A DNA stretch of 64,000 nt, taken from contig CM059425.1 of assembly GCA_030390025.1 (NCBI GenBank), positions 164,860,001 through 164,924,000 of the forward strand. The letters run 5' to 3'. The notes under the pieces were generated by a model, which had not been told where the DNA came from, did not search any database, and saw only the letters and a list, made by a program, of their open reading frames with translations. The position numbers were made by a program, and so were the translations under genes. The stretch is from Squalus acanthias (taxonomy: Eukaryota). Position 1 is the stretch's first letter. Each line of letters starts with the position of its first letter. Below are positions 13,760 through 27,023 of this stretch, one piece after another.

Positions 13760-15470
13760 TATTTATAGCACAGAAACAGGCCATTCGCCCCAACAGGTCC
13801 ATGCTGGTATTTCTGCTCCACACGAGACTCCACCCACTCTTCTTCATCTAACGCGATCAACATATCCTTTTATTCCTTTCTCCCTTGTGTGTTTATCAAG
13901 CTTCCCCTTAAATGCACCTATGTGAGTCGCCTCAACTACTCCTTGTGGTAGCGAGTTCCACATTCTAACTACTCTCTGGGTAAAGATGTTTCTCCTGAAT
14001 TCGCTATTGAATTTATTAGTGACTACCTTATATTTATGGCCCCTAGTTCTGCTCTCCCCTGCAAGTGGAACATCTTCTCTGCGTCTATCCTATCAAACGC
14101 TTTCATAATCTTAATCTATCAGGTCACCCCTCAGTCTTCTCTTTTCTAGAGAAAAGAGCCCCAGCCTGTTCAATTTTTCCTCTTAAGTATAACCTCTCAG
14201 TTCTGGTATATTCCTCGTAAATCTTTTTGCACCTTGTCCAGTGCCTCTATATCCTTTTTATAATATGGAGACCAGAGCTGTTCACAGTACTCTTGTGTGG
14301 TCTAACCAAGGTTCTATAGATGTTTAACATAACTTCTCCGCTTTTCAATTCTATCCCTCTAGAAATAAACCCCAGTGCTTGGTTTACTTATTTTTATGGC
14401 TTTATTAACCTGCATTGCTACTTTTAGTGATTTGTGTTTCTGTACCCCCAGAACCATCTGCTCCTCTATCCCATTTAGACACTTAGGGCTGGATTTTAAT
14501 GGGGAAGGCGAGTTGGGTGAGGTGGGGGATCCAAGGCAGTCAGGAAACCCGGGAGAACAGGTTTCCCGCAGACCCGGACGACTTTAACGGCAGGTCCTGA
14601 TTTGCATGCAAGGCCTCTGTTTTCCATCCGTAGCCAGCCAGATTGAGAGGCTGGCTGGTTGCAGGTGGGTATGCCTGCGGCACTTGGCTGCACAGAGGGG
14701 GAGGGAGGGATCGTGGGGTGGGGGGGGGGGCGGGGGCGGCTGGAGGAGCAGGGGGAGTGGGTGGATGCAAGGCGGGTGCGAAGATCATGGGGGGCCGAGA
14801 GGCAGGAACACTGGGGAGTGCGAGGATCATCGGGGGCCGGATGGCAGGAACATCGGGGGTGGGGGTGCGGTGCGAGGATTATCGGGGGCCGGGTGGCGGC
14901 TGGAGGAGCAAGGGGGTTTCTGCAGAAGATCGGGGCTGGGTGGAGCATGGGGAACCCGGAGGAATGGCTGGGGGAGGCCTTGTGGAGAGATCAGAGGCCT
15001 GGTTGGGGGTGGGGCGGGTGTGATTGGAGGCCTCGTGGGGGGTCTCCGATCACGGCAGTGGGGTAGCTTAGGCAGGGACCCTGGATCTAGGAGGTAGGTG
15101 TAAAGGCACTTACTTCCTGAATGCAGCAGTTCTCGCCTTGCTGTAACTGCCGGGATTTACGAAGTGTGTAAAACCCGACCAGCTACAGTTAAACTCAAAA
15201 AAAGTAGATGGCCCGCCTCCTGGCAGCAGGTTGGCTGCCTGCCCCATCCCGCCTCCCATTCCGCCTCCGTTAAAACTGGCACTGGGCGGGCTGAAGGCGG
15301 GTTCAGGTCGGGATTCCGAATTTTAACAATTTAACGACCCCCACGCTCATAACCCACCTGTTCTTTTAGGTTAAAGTTCCCCCCTTATTTTCCAAGGAGT
15401 ATGTGGCCTCCTTATTCTTCCTACCAGAATGTACCACATCACACTTATCTATATTGAAATTCCTTTGCCA
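13760..15470 (-). mobile_element. CR1 LINE 3' fragment split by a MITE
   Basis: ORF2 C-terminal sequence resumes after the 14486-15384 insertion. Confidence 0.8.
14486..15384. mobile_element. Non-autonomous PIF/Harbinger element, GC-rich interior
   Basis: Imperfect TIR gggctggattttaa / ttaaagttcccccc; canonical TTA TSD at 14483-14485 and 15385-15387. Confidence 0.85.
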
Positions 15471-16356
15471 TAGTTACCGAAGACGCTGGTGATGGGACTT
15501 CCCCTTTAACTACTGCAGTCCTTGTGGTGATGGTGCTCCTTATAATGGTCTTAGAAAATGTAATTGTGTCATGAAGTGGAAGGATCTAGGTTCACAGTTA
15601 TAATTCCCCACACATTGACTTGAGTGGGAAAGAGAGAGGGGGAAAAATCAGAGGTAAGTCAACCCATTCCACGGTCACATACCTCCTCACAGCTGCACTA
15701 ACAGAGGCCTAGGAATAGGTTACTTAGGTCTCCTCTCTTGGTTGAGGGATGAAGCAGTCTACAAGAACATAAAATAATTGGCAAAAAGGGAAAGAAAAAG
15801 AAAAAAAACTTATACTGTATCACAAGTATTTCCCACAGTCCTCATAATGGTTTAGTTCACTGTCTGGTGTGGGAATGAGCCAAACACAAAGGTCACATGT
15901 TCTGCCCTGATCCAAGCTATCCTAAAGGGCAAAATTGAAAGAGAAAAACATTCCTAGTTATTTGTTGTAATGTAATTTAACCCGTGGATCAAAGGATTTC
16001 CCCTGAAGATTTTTTGTCTGTAATTTCCCTAACAATAACTGTAGTCTTTCATGGAATATAAATCAGCAACTTTTAATTAAGATGGTTCCAAATGAGTTTG
16101 GAAAATTACTGCACATATTTTGTTTATAAATGTTGGAGCTATAAACATGGCTGTTGAATTGCTCAGAATTCAGATGAAAGTAACTCAATTAGTTTCGAAC
16201 TTCAAAAGCAAATTCATTACCAAATGAATAACCAGTAAATGTATTTTTTTCAGTTAAGCCCACCATTTACAGTAGGTACAGCCAAGCAAAAAAGTTGTAT
16301 TCAGTCAGAGGTGCCTATAGAGGGGTTTATTATGGTCAGCTGGGTGATGGAAGGAT

Positions 16357-17340
16357 TAATTATAGAATCTTATAGCACAAAAAGAGAGCATTCGGCCCAT
16401 CGTGCTTGTGTCAGCTCTTTGAAAAAGCTATCCAATTTGTGCTCTTTCCCCATAGCCCTGCAATTTTAACCTTTTCAAGTATATATCCAATTCCCTTTTA
16501 AAAGTTACTATTGAATCTGCTTCTGCCACCCTTTCAGACAATGCATTTCAGATCATAATAATACGTTGCATAAAAAAATTCTCCATATCTCACCTCTGGC
16601 TCTTTTGCCAATTACCTTATACCTGTGTCCTCTGAATTCCGACCCTTCTGCCAGTTAAAACAGTTTCTCCTTATTTACTCAATCAAAACCCTTCATGAAT
16701 TTGAATGCCTCTATTAAATCTCCCCTTAACCTTCTCTCCTCTAAGAAGAACAATCTCAGCTTCTTTAGTCTCTCCACGTAACTGAATTCTCTCATCCTTG
16801 GTACAATTCTAGTAAATCTCCTCTGCATCCTTTCCAAGGGCTTGACATCCTAAAGTGTGGTACCTAGAATTGGGCACAATACTCTAGATGAGTCCTAACA
16901 GGTGATTTCCTTGCTTTTGTACTCTTGCCTCTATTTATAAAGCCAAGGACCCCATATGTTTTCTTTAGCAGCCTTATCAAGTTGTCCTGCCATCTTCAAA
17001 GATTTCTGTATGTTAGCCCCCAGGTCTCTCTGTTCCTGCACCCCTTTTATACCATTTAGTTTATATTGCCTCTCCTCATTCTTCCTTCCAAAATGCATCA
17101 CTTCACACTTCTCTGCGTTAAATTTCATCTGACATGTGTCTGCCCATTTCGCCAGTCTGTCTATGTCCTCCTGCAGTCTGCGACTATCCTTCTCACTGTT
17201 TACTACTTTTCTGAGTTTTGTGTCATCTGAAAACTTTTAAATTATGCCCTGTATAACCAAGTCCAGGTCATTAATATATATCAAAAAGAGCAGTGGTCCT
17301 AACAACTGTTCACCACTACTCTCTGCTTTCCGTCTCTTAC
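16357..17340 (-). mobile_element. CR1 LINE 3' fragment
   Basis: MKFNAEKCEVMHFGRKN...QRDLG motif and CR1 3' UTR. Confidence 0.9.
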
Positions 17341-17789
17341 TTGGACCATATTTATATTCTTTAAGGTTCTGCTATTATTCAAGAAAAAATTAAAATAAAA
17401 AAAAACTAAAAGGGTAACAAAAAAAACCTGACTGATACAGCCTTAAAAAAAATCACATTTTTTGTTTGAGTGCCTCAGTGTAGGATCCATTCATAATTCT
17501 ATTGAATGCAGGCAGCTGAGTACAACCTATATAAAAGTAATTTTTGGCAATACGCAGTGAAGATCTGTTTGGTTACATTCTGTTTTATTCTTGTTTAAAA
17601 ATTTTCTCTGATTATTTTCTTAAATAAGAAGTAGATCTATTTATTTAAAAAAAATCAATTTGAAAATACTTAGGCTAAAGGAATGGGTTTAAAATTGCAC
17701 ACACACACTCTGACACACAGACAGAACTTTTGCATTCAGTTATACTCAGGCAAAAGTTTAACAGCAATTACTTTTTGATTGAAACCATT

Positions 17790-18106
17790 CAATCACACAG
17801 AATCCCCACAGTGCAGATAGAGGCCATTTTGGCCCATTGAGCCTGCACCGACACATATCCCACCCTATCCCCGTAACCCCACGTATTTAATCCCCCCTAA
17901 CACTAAGGGTCAATTTATCATAGCCAAATCAACCTAACCCACACATCTTTAGACTGTGGGAGGAAACCGGAGCACCCGAAGGAAACCCACGCAGACACGG
18001 GGAGAATGTGCAAACTCCACACAGACAGTCACCCGAGGCCGGATTTGAACCCGGGTCCCTGGTGCTGTGAGGCAACAGTGCTAACCACTATGTCACCATG
18101 TTGCCC
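17790..18106 (-). mobile_element. tRNA-derived V-SINE (HE1-like), full length
   Basis: Reverse strand has a tRNA-like head with A/B boxes (tagtggttagcac, ggttcaaatcc), the V-domain gtgtggagtttgcacattctccccgtgtctgcgtgggtttcc and a CR1-derived tail. Confidence 0.88.
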
Positions 18107-21100
18107 ATGGTAGACTAGATAAAATTCAGTGCAAATGGCTGAGATAAAAGTATTCATTCAAAGATGAAAATCTGACCCAAAGTCATGGTGTAAATTTGTT
18201 TGAATCTGGCTAAACCTTAACGTAAAATGATTCCAAAATGAGTGTTTTCACTGAGCAGCAGAAAAACATGGTCTGGTAAAATGGTACAGTAGCAAGTAAT
18301 AGTTCAATACTTCTTTTGTTATATCACTTTATATCAGTTTCCATTTCACCATATCTGCCCATTAATGGTGCAGGGAAGATTTGGTAACATAGACCTTCAA
18401 ATTTGTGCACGCACAAGTCATGATCAGATTTGTGAATTTGTGGATCTAGCTGCTAACAATACATTACTGCCTGTATAAGTGCTCTGTCAGATCAGGAATT
18501 TTGATCCAACAGCAGCACTGGTGCAAATTATTTACATCTGCCGTGCCTGTACTTTCAACTAGAGGAAGATTTTTTTACCTCTGATGGCAAGAACATCAGG
18601 CCATTTATAGTGCAGGGTTTCCTACCATAGCATTTCTATCATCAAAAGCAAATAAAGGTAATCCTATAATACAAAGAACATATAAAGAAGGTGTATATTA
18701 ATGAGTAGTTTAGAATGATATGTTGATGGGGTTAGATGAAGAAGGGTGGGAGGAGGCTTGTGTGGAGCATGGATCTGTTGGGCCGAATGGCCTGTTTCTG
18801 TGCTGTAATACTATACAATACTCTGTAATAGTTGGATAATTTGTTGCATAAAAAGGAAGCGCCCATGACCTAGAAATTGGGTAATTCCCAAATTTGGGCT
18901 TGAACCCTATGGCAGCAACGACTGCTGCAACAAAACTGATGCGCAAGATGGTCACATAAAATTGGTCTTCTTGGATCACCAGGACATGACTGGCATGCTG
19001 GGGGAAAGAGGCAGTGCGCCGGTCACAAAGAGTAAAGTTGGCCGGCCAGGAACGCCAGCACCAGGCCTGGGGAGAGCGGGAGGGAGAAGATCGGGAGGAG
19101 GAGGCGAGCGGTGGCACTCCTGCTCCTCCAGGCTCCACATTCAGCCTTACCTTTTTGGTGGCAGCCTCCGGCGGTCCCTTTAAGGACGCTGGTTTGTCTA
19201 CTTTAGCTGCTTTAGGCCCAAGAAAATTAACTGCAACATGCACAATCTGTCACAATCCAATTTTTCAAAGGGGCCTGAAACGGGCGTTAGGCCCTTGCAT
19301 AGACAATAGGACTAACACTAGTTTCAGGGGGTCGCCCTAGATGACTCAGGAGCGTCTTAATCAATTTTGCATGCAGTGCTCTCCCGGCACGGACTGAGCG
19401 TGCGCACGCCATATTGGAGCCTTCAACACCCATTTTTCGTCTGAAAGACCTTCAGTCACTTTATTTATTTGTATTTTATTTTATATTTGTTGCCAAGACG
19501 AGCAACACTCTTGTTACAATAATCTGATTTTTTTTTTTAATACACCCATATGTATTAAAATGTATATTCTGCTGGCTTATTTTATTTGTAGGCCCATGAT
19601 ACTCAAGTTCTAAAATCACAAATCAGTTATAAAATCTTATTTCAGAGTAGAATAAACTGCATGCTCCACCATTTTTCATGGCATAGTGTATTTATGTAGA
19701 ATGTAAAACTGTAGACATATCAATATTTAAATCAATACCTAAAAAAAACCAAATAACATTGAAATGTAACTTTTTGTGGAAACATGACAAGATAAAAGTG
19801 TGATAAATTGGTTTTGCTTTGTGCCCATGGAGGTGTAAATAACGCTTTTGTATTGTGGTAAGCCATAAAGCACTGTATTTCAAACTGATAAGGAGCAGCC
19901 TAAAAGAAACTATGATTTGGGAAGAGAGTGTTCTTTATATGAATTGGATGCCAGTATTACACATTCATGCTGAAAAAAGGCTGTGAGAAAGGAATGCTTT
20001 TGTTACACACCTTGTGGTTCACATCAGATACTTCCAGTTCTGGGGTTGTTTCATGGATTAATTTCAAAGCACTATGGATGTGAGTTTACATGGGTTTAGT
20101 TCAAGATTATGCCCAAACTCTCAGGAACAGGTGCATAATGAAACTGATGCACTTCTCACATAAATAGAAAGAAAAGCAGAAAGCAAATCAATCTGGACTG
20201 TTCTTGCACAGTTTCTAGTGGTTGAACCAAACTGACATTTGCAAAAGCATGGGGAAGAACAGATGCCCTGTTTCTCTCTGCGGTTTGTGTGAGTGAATGT
20301 AAAATATAAGATCATTTTTTAAACAGTATTTAGTATAAAATATAGCATTGGGATGTTACAAGTAGCCTCAATGCCTTTAGGCTGGGACCGCCAAAATAGA
20401 AAAATGACCTAGGGTTCTCACTTCTGATATCTATCCAATTCCTGCTGCAAAGTGTGTGTGTATGTGTGTACATACATGGGGTGAGGACATGTTCGGCTCA
20501 GCTGCGATCCACCCACTATCAAATAGCCTGCCAAACTCACTGTGCAGGCCCCATTTGGGCAAGATGCCAGCAGACTGCCGACACTGTGCAACCCTATTAC
20601 AGCAGAAGCCAGCATTTCAGGCGAGGAGCGGAGGAAATTGTACAGAATTCATTTTCAAAGGAATAAACACAAGGCAGCTTTCTTGAAAAAACTTGAATTG
20701 CCAATTTTGACATTTTCCTTCCTGCGTCCAAGTCAGATGTTTTCCTATAGAACTCAATAAATCTTCCAGATACAGGAGCATTATTTACAGAAGACTAGCC
20801 AAGTTCTTCAGCTAAAGGCGCATTTAAGTAGCTAGAAATGGGAATGAATTTTCTTTTATTTTCAGTTTACGGTGTGAAAGAAATAGAATTCCAGAGTTGT
20901 TGACTGAGACATTCACTAAGCAAAGTTCTGTCGATTATTTAATTCGCATTTTCCAAGTAAATGCCTTCTTCTGGCTTCCCACAGTTCCTTTCAGAGAAGG
21001 TGACATCTAATTAGAGGAACTGAGAACCTCGAATACAAGAGGAAAACATTCTGTCCTGAGTGTAGCTTTTGAAACTTACAAAGGGGCTGGTTTTGAGGTT

Positions 21101-21962
21101 GGGTGCACATCAGGTGGGTGGTCCCCCCACCTACCCAAAGGCACCAGCAGAGAGCCTGAAGCATTTTTTATGGCTGGGCCTCATTAGAAGGGCATTGGTG
21201 AGCTGCCAGTGCCAAACAATCATTGACAGGCAGCTTGCCAATCGGGCAGGGGGCATTAAATCTGGGGACCCCTCCACGGAGCCAAGCTGGAAATGGCACC
21301 TAAAGGGGTTGGTGGCAAACCCGGGAAGGGCGGCAGCGAAGGACTGGCAGCGGGTGGGAAGATATCCGTGTGGTCAGGAGGAACATTCACAAAAATCAGT
21401 GCCACAGCTTTAATTTTGCATTTCTGGAGTGGCCTGCAGTGGCTCCCATAAAAACCGATGGATCGACTCCTCAATGCCCAATGAAAGACCAAAATTGCTT
21501 TGGGATCCTGCAAATGGCGTAGGTCATGATTTCAATATTTTAATAAGGCTTCTGCCTGTTTCTGGCCCTCAAAATCGAGTCGGGCGAGCTTCAGGCGGCC
21601 AGTGAGCGGTAAGTTTCTTAAAAAAAATTGTCTGCCTATTTTTCAGCGCGAATGGCTCAGTAGGCAGATAAAAATGATCCCCAGGGTATCTAATGGTCTC
21701 GTACAACTATTTAACAGGTAAATGCCGATCTGATCTGATTCTTCGTCTAACACAGCAGAGAAACAAAGGGCAATGATCACAAACTTAATCAATTAAAACC
21801 TTTTTTTCTCCATCAATTAATCAAAGTCAGACAACAGTACATTCCATCACAAACAGCACTATCACAAGACTGTGAATACATTCTGTGTTAACTGTCTATT
21901 GCATGTTGCTTCTTCTCAACATTGCTGCAGCTTGGGTGGTTTAAAAGAGAGTAATAGCCATA

Positions 21963-22860
21963 GGGGGAAAAATTCAGTTGGTTGCGCCTCCCGTTAGCGC
22001 CTTAAGAGGGTGCTAATGGGGCGCAAACCAACTAGCGCCTGGGCGCAGCGATGTTTGCGCCGCTCGCGAACTTAACTAGACATTTTGCGGCGGCGCTAAA
22101 CACTACCGCCACGATCTCCTGCGCCGGCAGATCGTGACGTCAGTCGAGTGCGCAACGTCCTGGTATCGCCCCGGAGCGGATATTGAGTGGCGCCCCCTGC
22201 CTTACCGCCTGACGCTAGCAACGACAGGTTGAGGGGAGCGTTCTGCAGTCATGAAGGGACTGGAGGAGTGCTATATAAAGGTGACCACTTCCTGCCTTTT
22301 ATTGTTGGTGCCATTTTTGAACTACGCATTCTGAGAGAGAGAGAGAGAGAGAGACTTCTGGAGAGATTCAACGTTGTGTGAAGGAGTTTTGGGTACTGAG
22401 CAGCACTTTGCAGGTTCATTTTGATTTGCCATTCCTTGTATCGATTTAGAAAAGGACTGTGGGGGCTGCACTCTGAGCTCTTTGCCTGGTACTCTCCATT
22501 GTTCTTTCCAGCAGATTTGATGTGCAGGTCTCTCCAGGCCGAGATTCAAGGCTGCAATGAGCAGGATGTGGATGGAAAGCAAGATTAACCATCCCCTTTA
22601 AGAACTGGCCCGTGCCATTGTGTGTGTGCTCCATTGCTGACTGACATTACATGAGCTTCGCCAGCGCTCTGAGGTAGCACCTCGCTCCTCGTCCTTTGCT
22701 CCTTAAGACAGGTGTGAAGCGCCTGATTTAGCGCTCCAATCACCTCCAGGGGCGATAAAAGTCAAGTTTGCAGTCGGTGGCGATAATTAGCGCCAGGCGC
22801 TAATCTTTGCGCCCAGCCGATAATTGCGCCCCAAATGGGGCGATACTGAATTTCTCCCCC
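21963..22860 (+). mobile_element. Non-autonomous Harbinger-type element, 898 bp (family A, copy 1)
   Basis: TIR gggggaaaaattcagt / actgaatttctccccc; 3-bp TSD ata; highly similar inverted copy at 59179-60074. Confidence 0.92.
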
Positions 22861-23022
22861 ATAATCTCTAAACTTAGCACCTTTCAACAATTTTAGGACT
22901 TAAGAGGATATATATTTCAATGTGAAAATATCTTCTTCACTTCTGTAATGGACTTCTGAAAGCAAATCACAGCAGAATTTAGCACACTTTGGAATATTTG
23001 CACTTTGAAAAATACTGATGAT

Positions 23023-23757
23023 GGGCCAGAAATTCGGGTCTCCATGGGTGAGTACGCGCTGTGTACTCACCCGTAGACCCAACGAAAGTGCCAGTTTCGC
23101 GCATTCACTGTGCATGCGCTGGAAACCGGAACTTCCGTTCCCTTGAAGGAAGGGGTTCGGAGGTCAAACGCGCATGCATCGAACGTCCGCTTTTTTTTCA
23201 GGTTTCTTTGTGAGAGTAAGTCCCTAGCAGCTGCGTGGGGAAAAAGCAGGCACAAGGCCTGCTTTTAACAAGGTAAGTGGTGTATTAAGTAAAATTTAAA
23301 CATTTTTTCCACAGGTTTATCTTTTTTAAATACTTTAAAGAAAGGTAAGTTTATTTTTAGCCCCGTTAAAAACTGTAATTAATTTTTTCAAAAATTTAAA
23401 TTTTTGTTTAAAATAGTTAATTTATGTAATTTTTAGTTATTTTAAAAATGTGATTTTTTTTTTAGATTTATTTGAAGTTTTAGTTAGGTTTTGGGGCCGA
23501 TCTCTATTCACAGGTCTTCCTGTCAAATCTATGAATGGAGATTCCCTGCTCTGATTGGCTCTTCATGGCCCACGTGATCCCAGGGGACGCTTCGAACTAA
23601 CTGCGCCCCTGGGATATGCAAGCACTGCACACCGGCAGCTGGAGGAGGCCCAGGATCAGAATCCCACGCGGGCCCACAGCACAACGGCAGGAGCACTAGG
23701 TAAGTGCAGGTCGGGGGCTTGCACCTGCGGGAAGCCTCCGACCCGAATTTCTAGCCC
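23023..23757 (+). mobile_element. Non-autonomous Harbinger-type element (family B, copy 1)
   Basis: TIR gggccagaaattcgggtc / gacccgaatttctagccc; AT-rich core; second copy at 27968-28730. Confidence 0.9.
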
Positions 23758-24386
23758 AATATGTTGTGACTTTTGAAGTTTGATTGTATATGACTGAAAG
23801 CAAGAATACCAAGTCAGGTATATAGATCAGAGAGTAAAATAAAGAGGAAGTGTTTGTGCCGAAAGATGATTTGTGACTCAAACCATGCAAACACTTTGGC
23901 TGCGATTTTGCGGCGCTCAGAGGGCGGGTTCGGAGGCGGGTCCACTGTCAAAATCAACATGATTGACAGTGGGTTGGGAGCGATTGCAGAACAGACCCGA
24001 CACCAAGCAGCGGGGGAGGCATTTAAGATAGTTAAATGCTTGTTAAACGCTTGTTAACTACTATTTTGCCAGCCTATTTCTATATTAGCACATTTTTAAC
24101 GAGGTTCATGTCGTTCGGAGACCACGTCAGGTAAATAGGTCGGGAGTTCAATCGAGCTGAATAGTTCACAGCTGCAAATGTAGTATAAAAGCCAACATTT
24201 CACATCTGTTCACTTTCTGTCAGAAGTTGCTGATTTCAGGATTTGGAAGACACATTTGATCTTTATTGAGGCTGTAAGTATGTGGTGTAAACTTTATATC
24301 TACTGTCACCTCCTTGAAATAACCTCTCTCCCCACTGACAGATTGCTTCTAACATCTCATCCTCACCTGCCATATATAACAGCAGA

Positions 24387-25627
24387 ATGGGAATGATTTA
24401 AACTCTCTCACCCTGGTCCTCAGAATCTGACCACGATCAGCCGCGGCAGCAGCAGAACCAGGCACACCAGCAGCACCAACAACAAGAGCACCAACCTTCT
24501 CCTCAACCACCTGCTGCTGCACAGGGCAGAGGGCATCAGCGCAAGGCTGCACCGCGCCGCAGGAGATACCCCCAACACAGGGTTTACAGGCAGAGGATGA
24601 GCTTCCTCAACATAACTGAGCAGCAGTGCCAAAGGAGGCTGAGACTATCATGACAGGTAGTCGCAGACATTTGCACAATGCTCGATCAAGACCTGCAGCC
24701 CAGAGGAGCGGGTGGACACCCCTTACCAGTGGCTGTCAAAGTCACCACGCCCTCAACTTCTTTGCGTCAGGCTCCTTCCAGGGATCAGCAGCAGACATTA
24801 GCGGCATCTCCCAGTTGGCCGCCCACAGATGCATCACGCAGGTCACCGAAGCCCTCCTTGATAAGTCCGCCAATTACATCCATTTTTCCACTGATGAAGC
24901 CAGTGTTACCGAGCGGGCACTCGGCTTTGTCAATCTGGCTGGCTTCCCACGGGTGCAGGGCATCATTGACTGCACACACGTGGCCATCAGGGCACCCCAT
25001 CAGAACCCAGCAGTATTTGTCAACTGCAAAGGCTTCCACTCCCTTAACATGTAGCTGGTGTGCAACCAAAGGAAGAGCATCATGCATGTGTGCGCCAAGT
25101 TCCCTGGCAGCTGCCATGACTCTTACATCCTGCGCCAGTCCACTGTCCCTCAGCTCTTCGCACTGCCGAACAAACTTTCCGGCTGGCTCCTTGGAGACAA
25201 GGGCTATCCCCTGAAGAAGTGGCTAATGACACCGTTGAAGAGGCCATCAAACGAGTCTGAGGAGCGTTATAATCAAAGCCACATTTCCACCAGAAGTCTC
25301 ATAGAGCAAACAATAGGGTTGCTCAAAATGTGCTTCAGATTCCTGGACAGATCTGGTGGAGCCCTTCAGTACGCACCAGCCAGGGTCTCGAGAATCGTCG
25401 TTGTCTGCTGTACCCTGCACAACATAGCACTGCAGCGAGGATTAGCGCTGCATGAGGCACAAGGCACAGAGCGCACAGCCTCTTCAGAGGAGGAGGAGGA
25501 GGAAGAGCAGAATGAGGTTCAGCATGAGGAACACCCGGAGGAGGCGGCTGTCCCAATGCGACCAGAACGCGAGCACATTGCTGCCCGTGATGCCAGGGAT
25601 GGCTTAATCAATGCCAGATTCACCTAA
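24387..25627 (+). pseudogene. Harbinger DDE transposase (HARBI1-like), disrupted
   Basis: [52 protein letters not shown] motifs; premature stops near 24399, 24650 and 25052 and a frameshift near 24748. Confidence 0.93.
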
Positions 25628-27023
25628 CTTTATGCGGCACAGACATGTGGCTGCCACATCTGCATGAAGATTGGCATCATCCCACTTCAACACCATAGAG
25701 CATCTCTACAATGAACTGTGCATTCCTTGCACTGTCACCACCATTGCTGGACATAAAAGGCGCCCTTACCCTTCACTCTGCCACTTGCAATTGTGAGCAC
25801 ACGTATGGCAACGAATGCAAACATTCAGAAAAAAATAATTTATTACAACAAAGTAAAAGAACAGAAACTTAACATTCATTTATAGCAAATCACCCAAGTG
25901 ACTACCCTTGTGACTATTTATGTGGGATCTTTCTTTTCCGCGTGCTTCTACGTGGTGTTACCCCTGTGGCTTCAGCAGATGTAGAGGCAACATGCTCACT
26001 TCCCTGCTGCACCTGCTTAGATGCCTTTGGCGGTCGTCCTCTGGGTTTTGGAGCCTGTGAGGGCCCCGCCAAAGTCTGCTCCTCCTGCGGCTGTGCAGGG
26101 GCAGACTCGGCCATCACTATCCGGGGAGGCATCTGGGGCTCTGACCGAGGGCTTGGCAAGGGGGGTGGAAGTTTGATCGCTTGGAGAGGAGCCCCCACTT
26201 CCATGTCCCCTCCCACCATCATCCCTCTCATGGGCCACCCGCACTTCGCTGCTGGCAAGTAGATGGAGAGCACCTTGCTGCACATCAATGAGACCATGAG
26301 GACCCATGTCTATACTGACATTCCTCATAACAAGGACATCTATGAACCTTTGGTTTCTCTCCTCAATAGATGCCCATCTATCCTCCATAGATGACCATCT
26401 GTTTAGAAGTGTTACCATGCTCTCCTGAGTCTGGCAATTTATGTCGTCCATGGAAGGGGCCATCCTTTCCATGGCGGAACCTAAAGTTGCCAGTGCGTGC
26501 GCCATGGCATTGCTCATATTTGTGATGCACTTTGCATTCTCTGCACACTCTCAGTCACCGTGGTTGCAAACCCTGTCAGAGCCTCCTGAACTTGTTCCTG
26601 AAGCTCCAGGATCGCCCTCTTCCTGGATGGCCCCTGAGGCTCAGCGTCTGCATGCAGCTGAGCAAAGCTAGGAGAATCCTGCGGCCACTGACGAGGAGTC
26701 TGCACTGCTGCCCCTGTCTCCACCATCTGATCTTGCTCACTTGTGACATCTGATACACCAGGTGACAACACTACTCTATCTCGCATAGGACCCACCGAGG
26801 TGTGCGTCTCTGCGCTGGTGCAGGGTGCGCTCATTTCTGCTGACGCTGCTCCCTCAGACGCTGCAGCATCCACTGAGGAGTGCTCCTGCTCTTCCTCCTG
26901 GACAGTGGGGGGCGGGGAGGGGCTCTTGATGGTCCTGTGGGAGAGTAATGACATGAGTTAGGCATGTGATATATAGATTGTAGACCCATCCCATTATGCA
27001 CATGATGAGCATTCTCTTAAAAA

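Noticed and set aside
14496..15097. Gly/Pro-rich ORFs on both strands
   Set aside because: Low-complexity GC-rich interior of a TIR/TSD-bounded MITE; no recognisable domain.
18040..18106. tRNA gene
   Set aside because: A/B boxes belong to a SINE head followed by a V-domain; no complete cloverleaf. The same applies to ~36010-36083.
24387..25627. Host HARBI1 gene
   Set aside because: Has stops and a frameshift and lies between TIRs with a TSD, so it is a transposon copy, not the domesticated gene.
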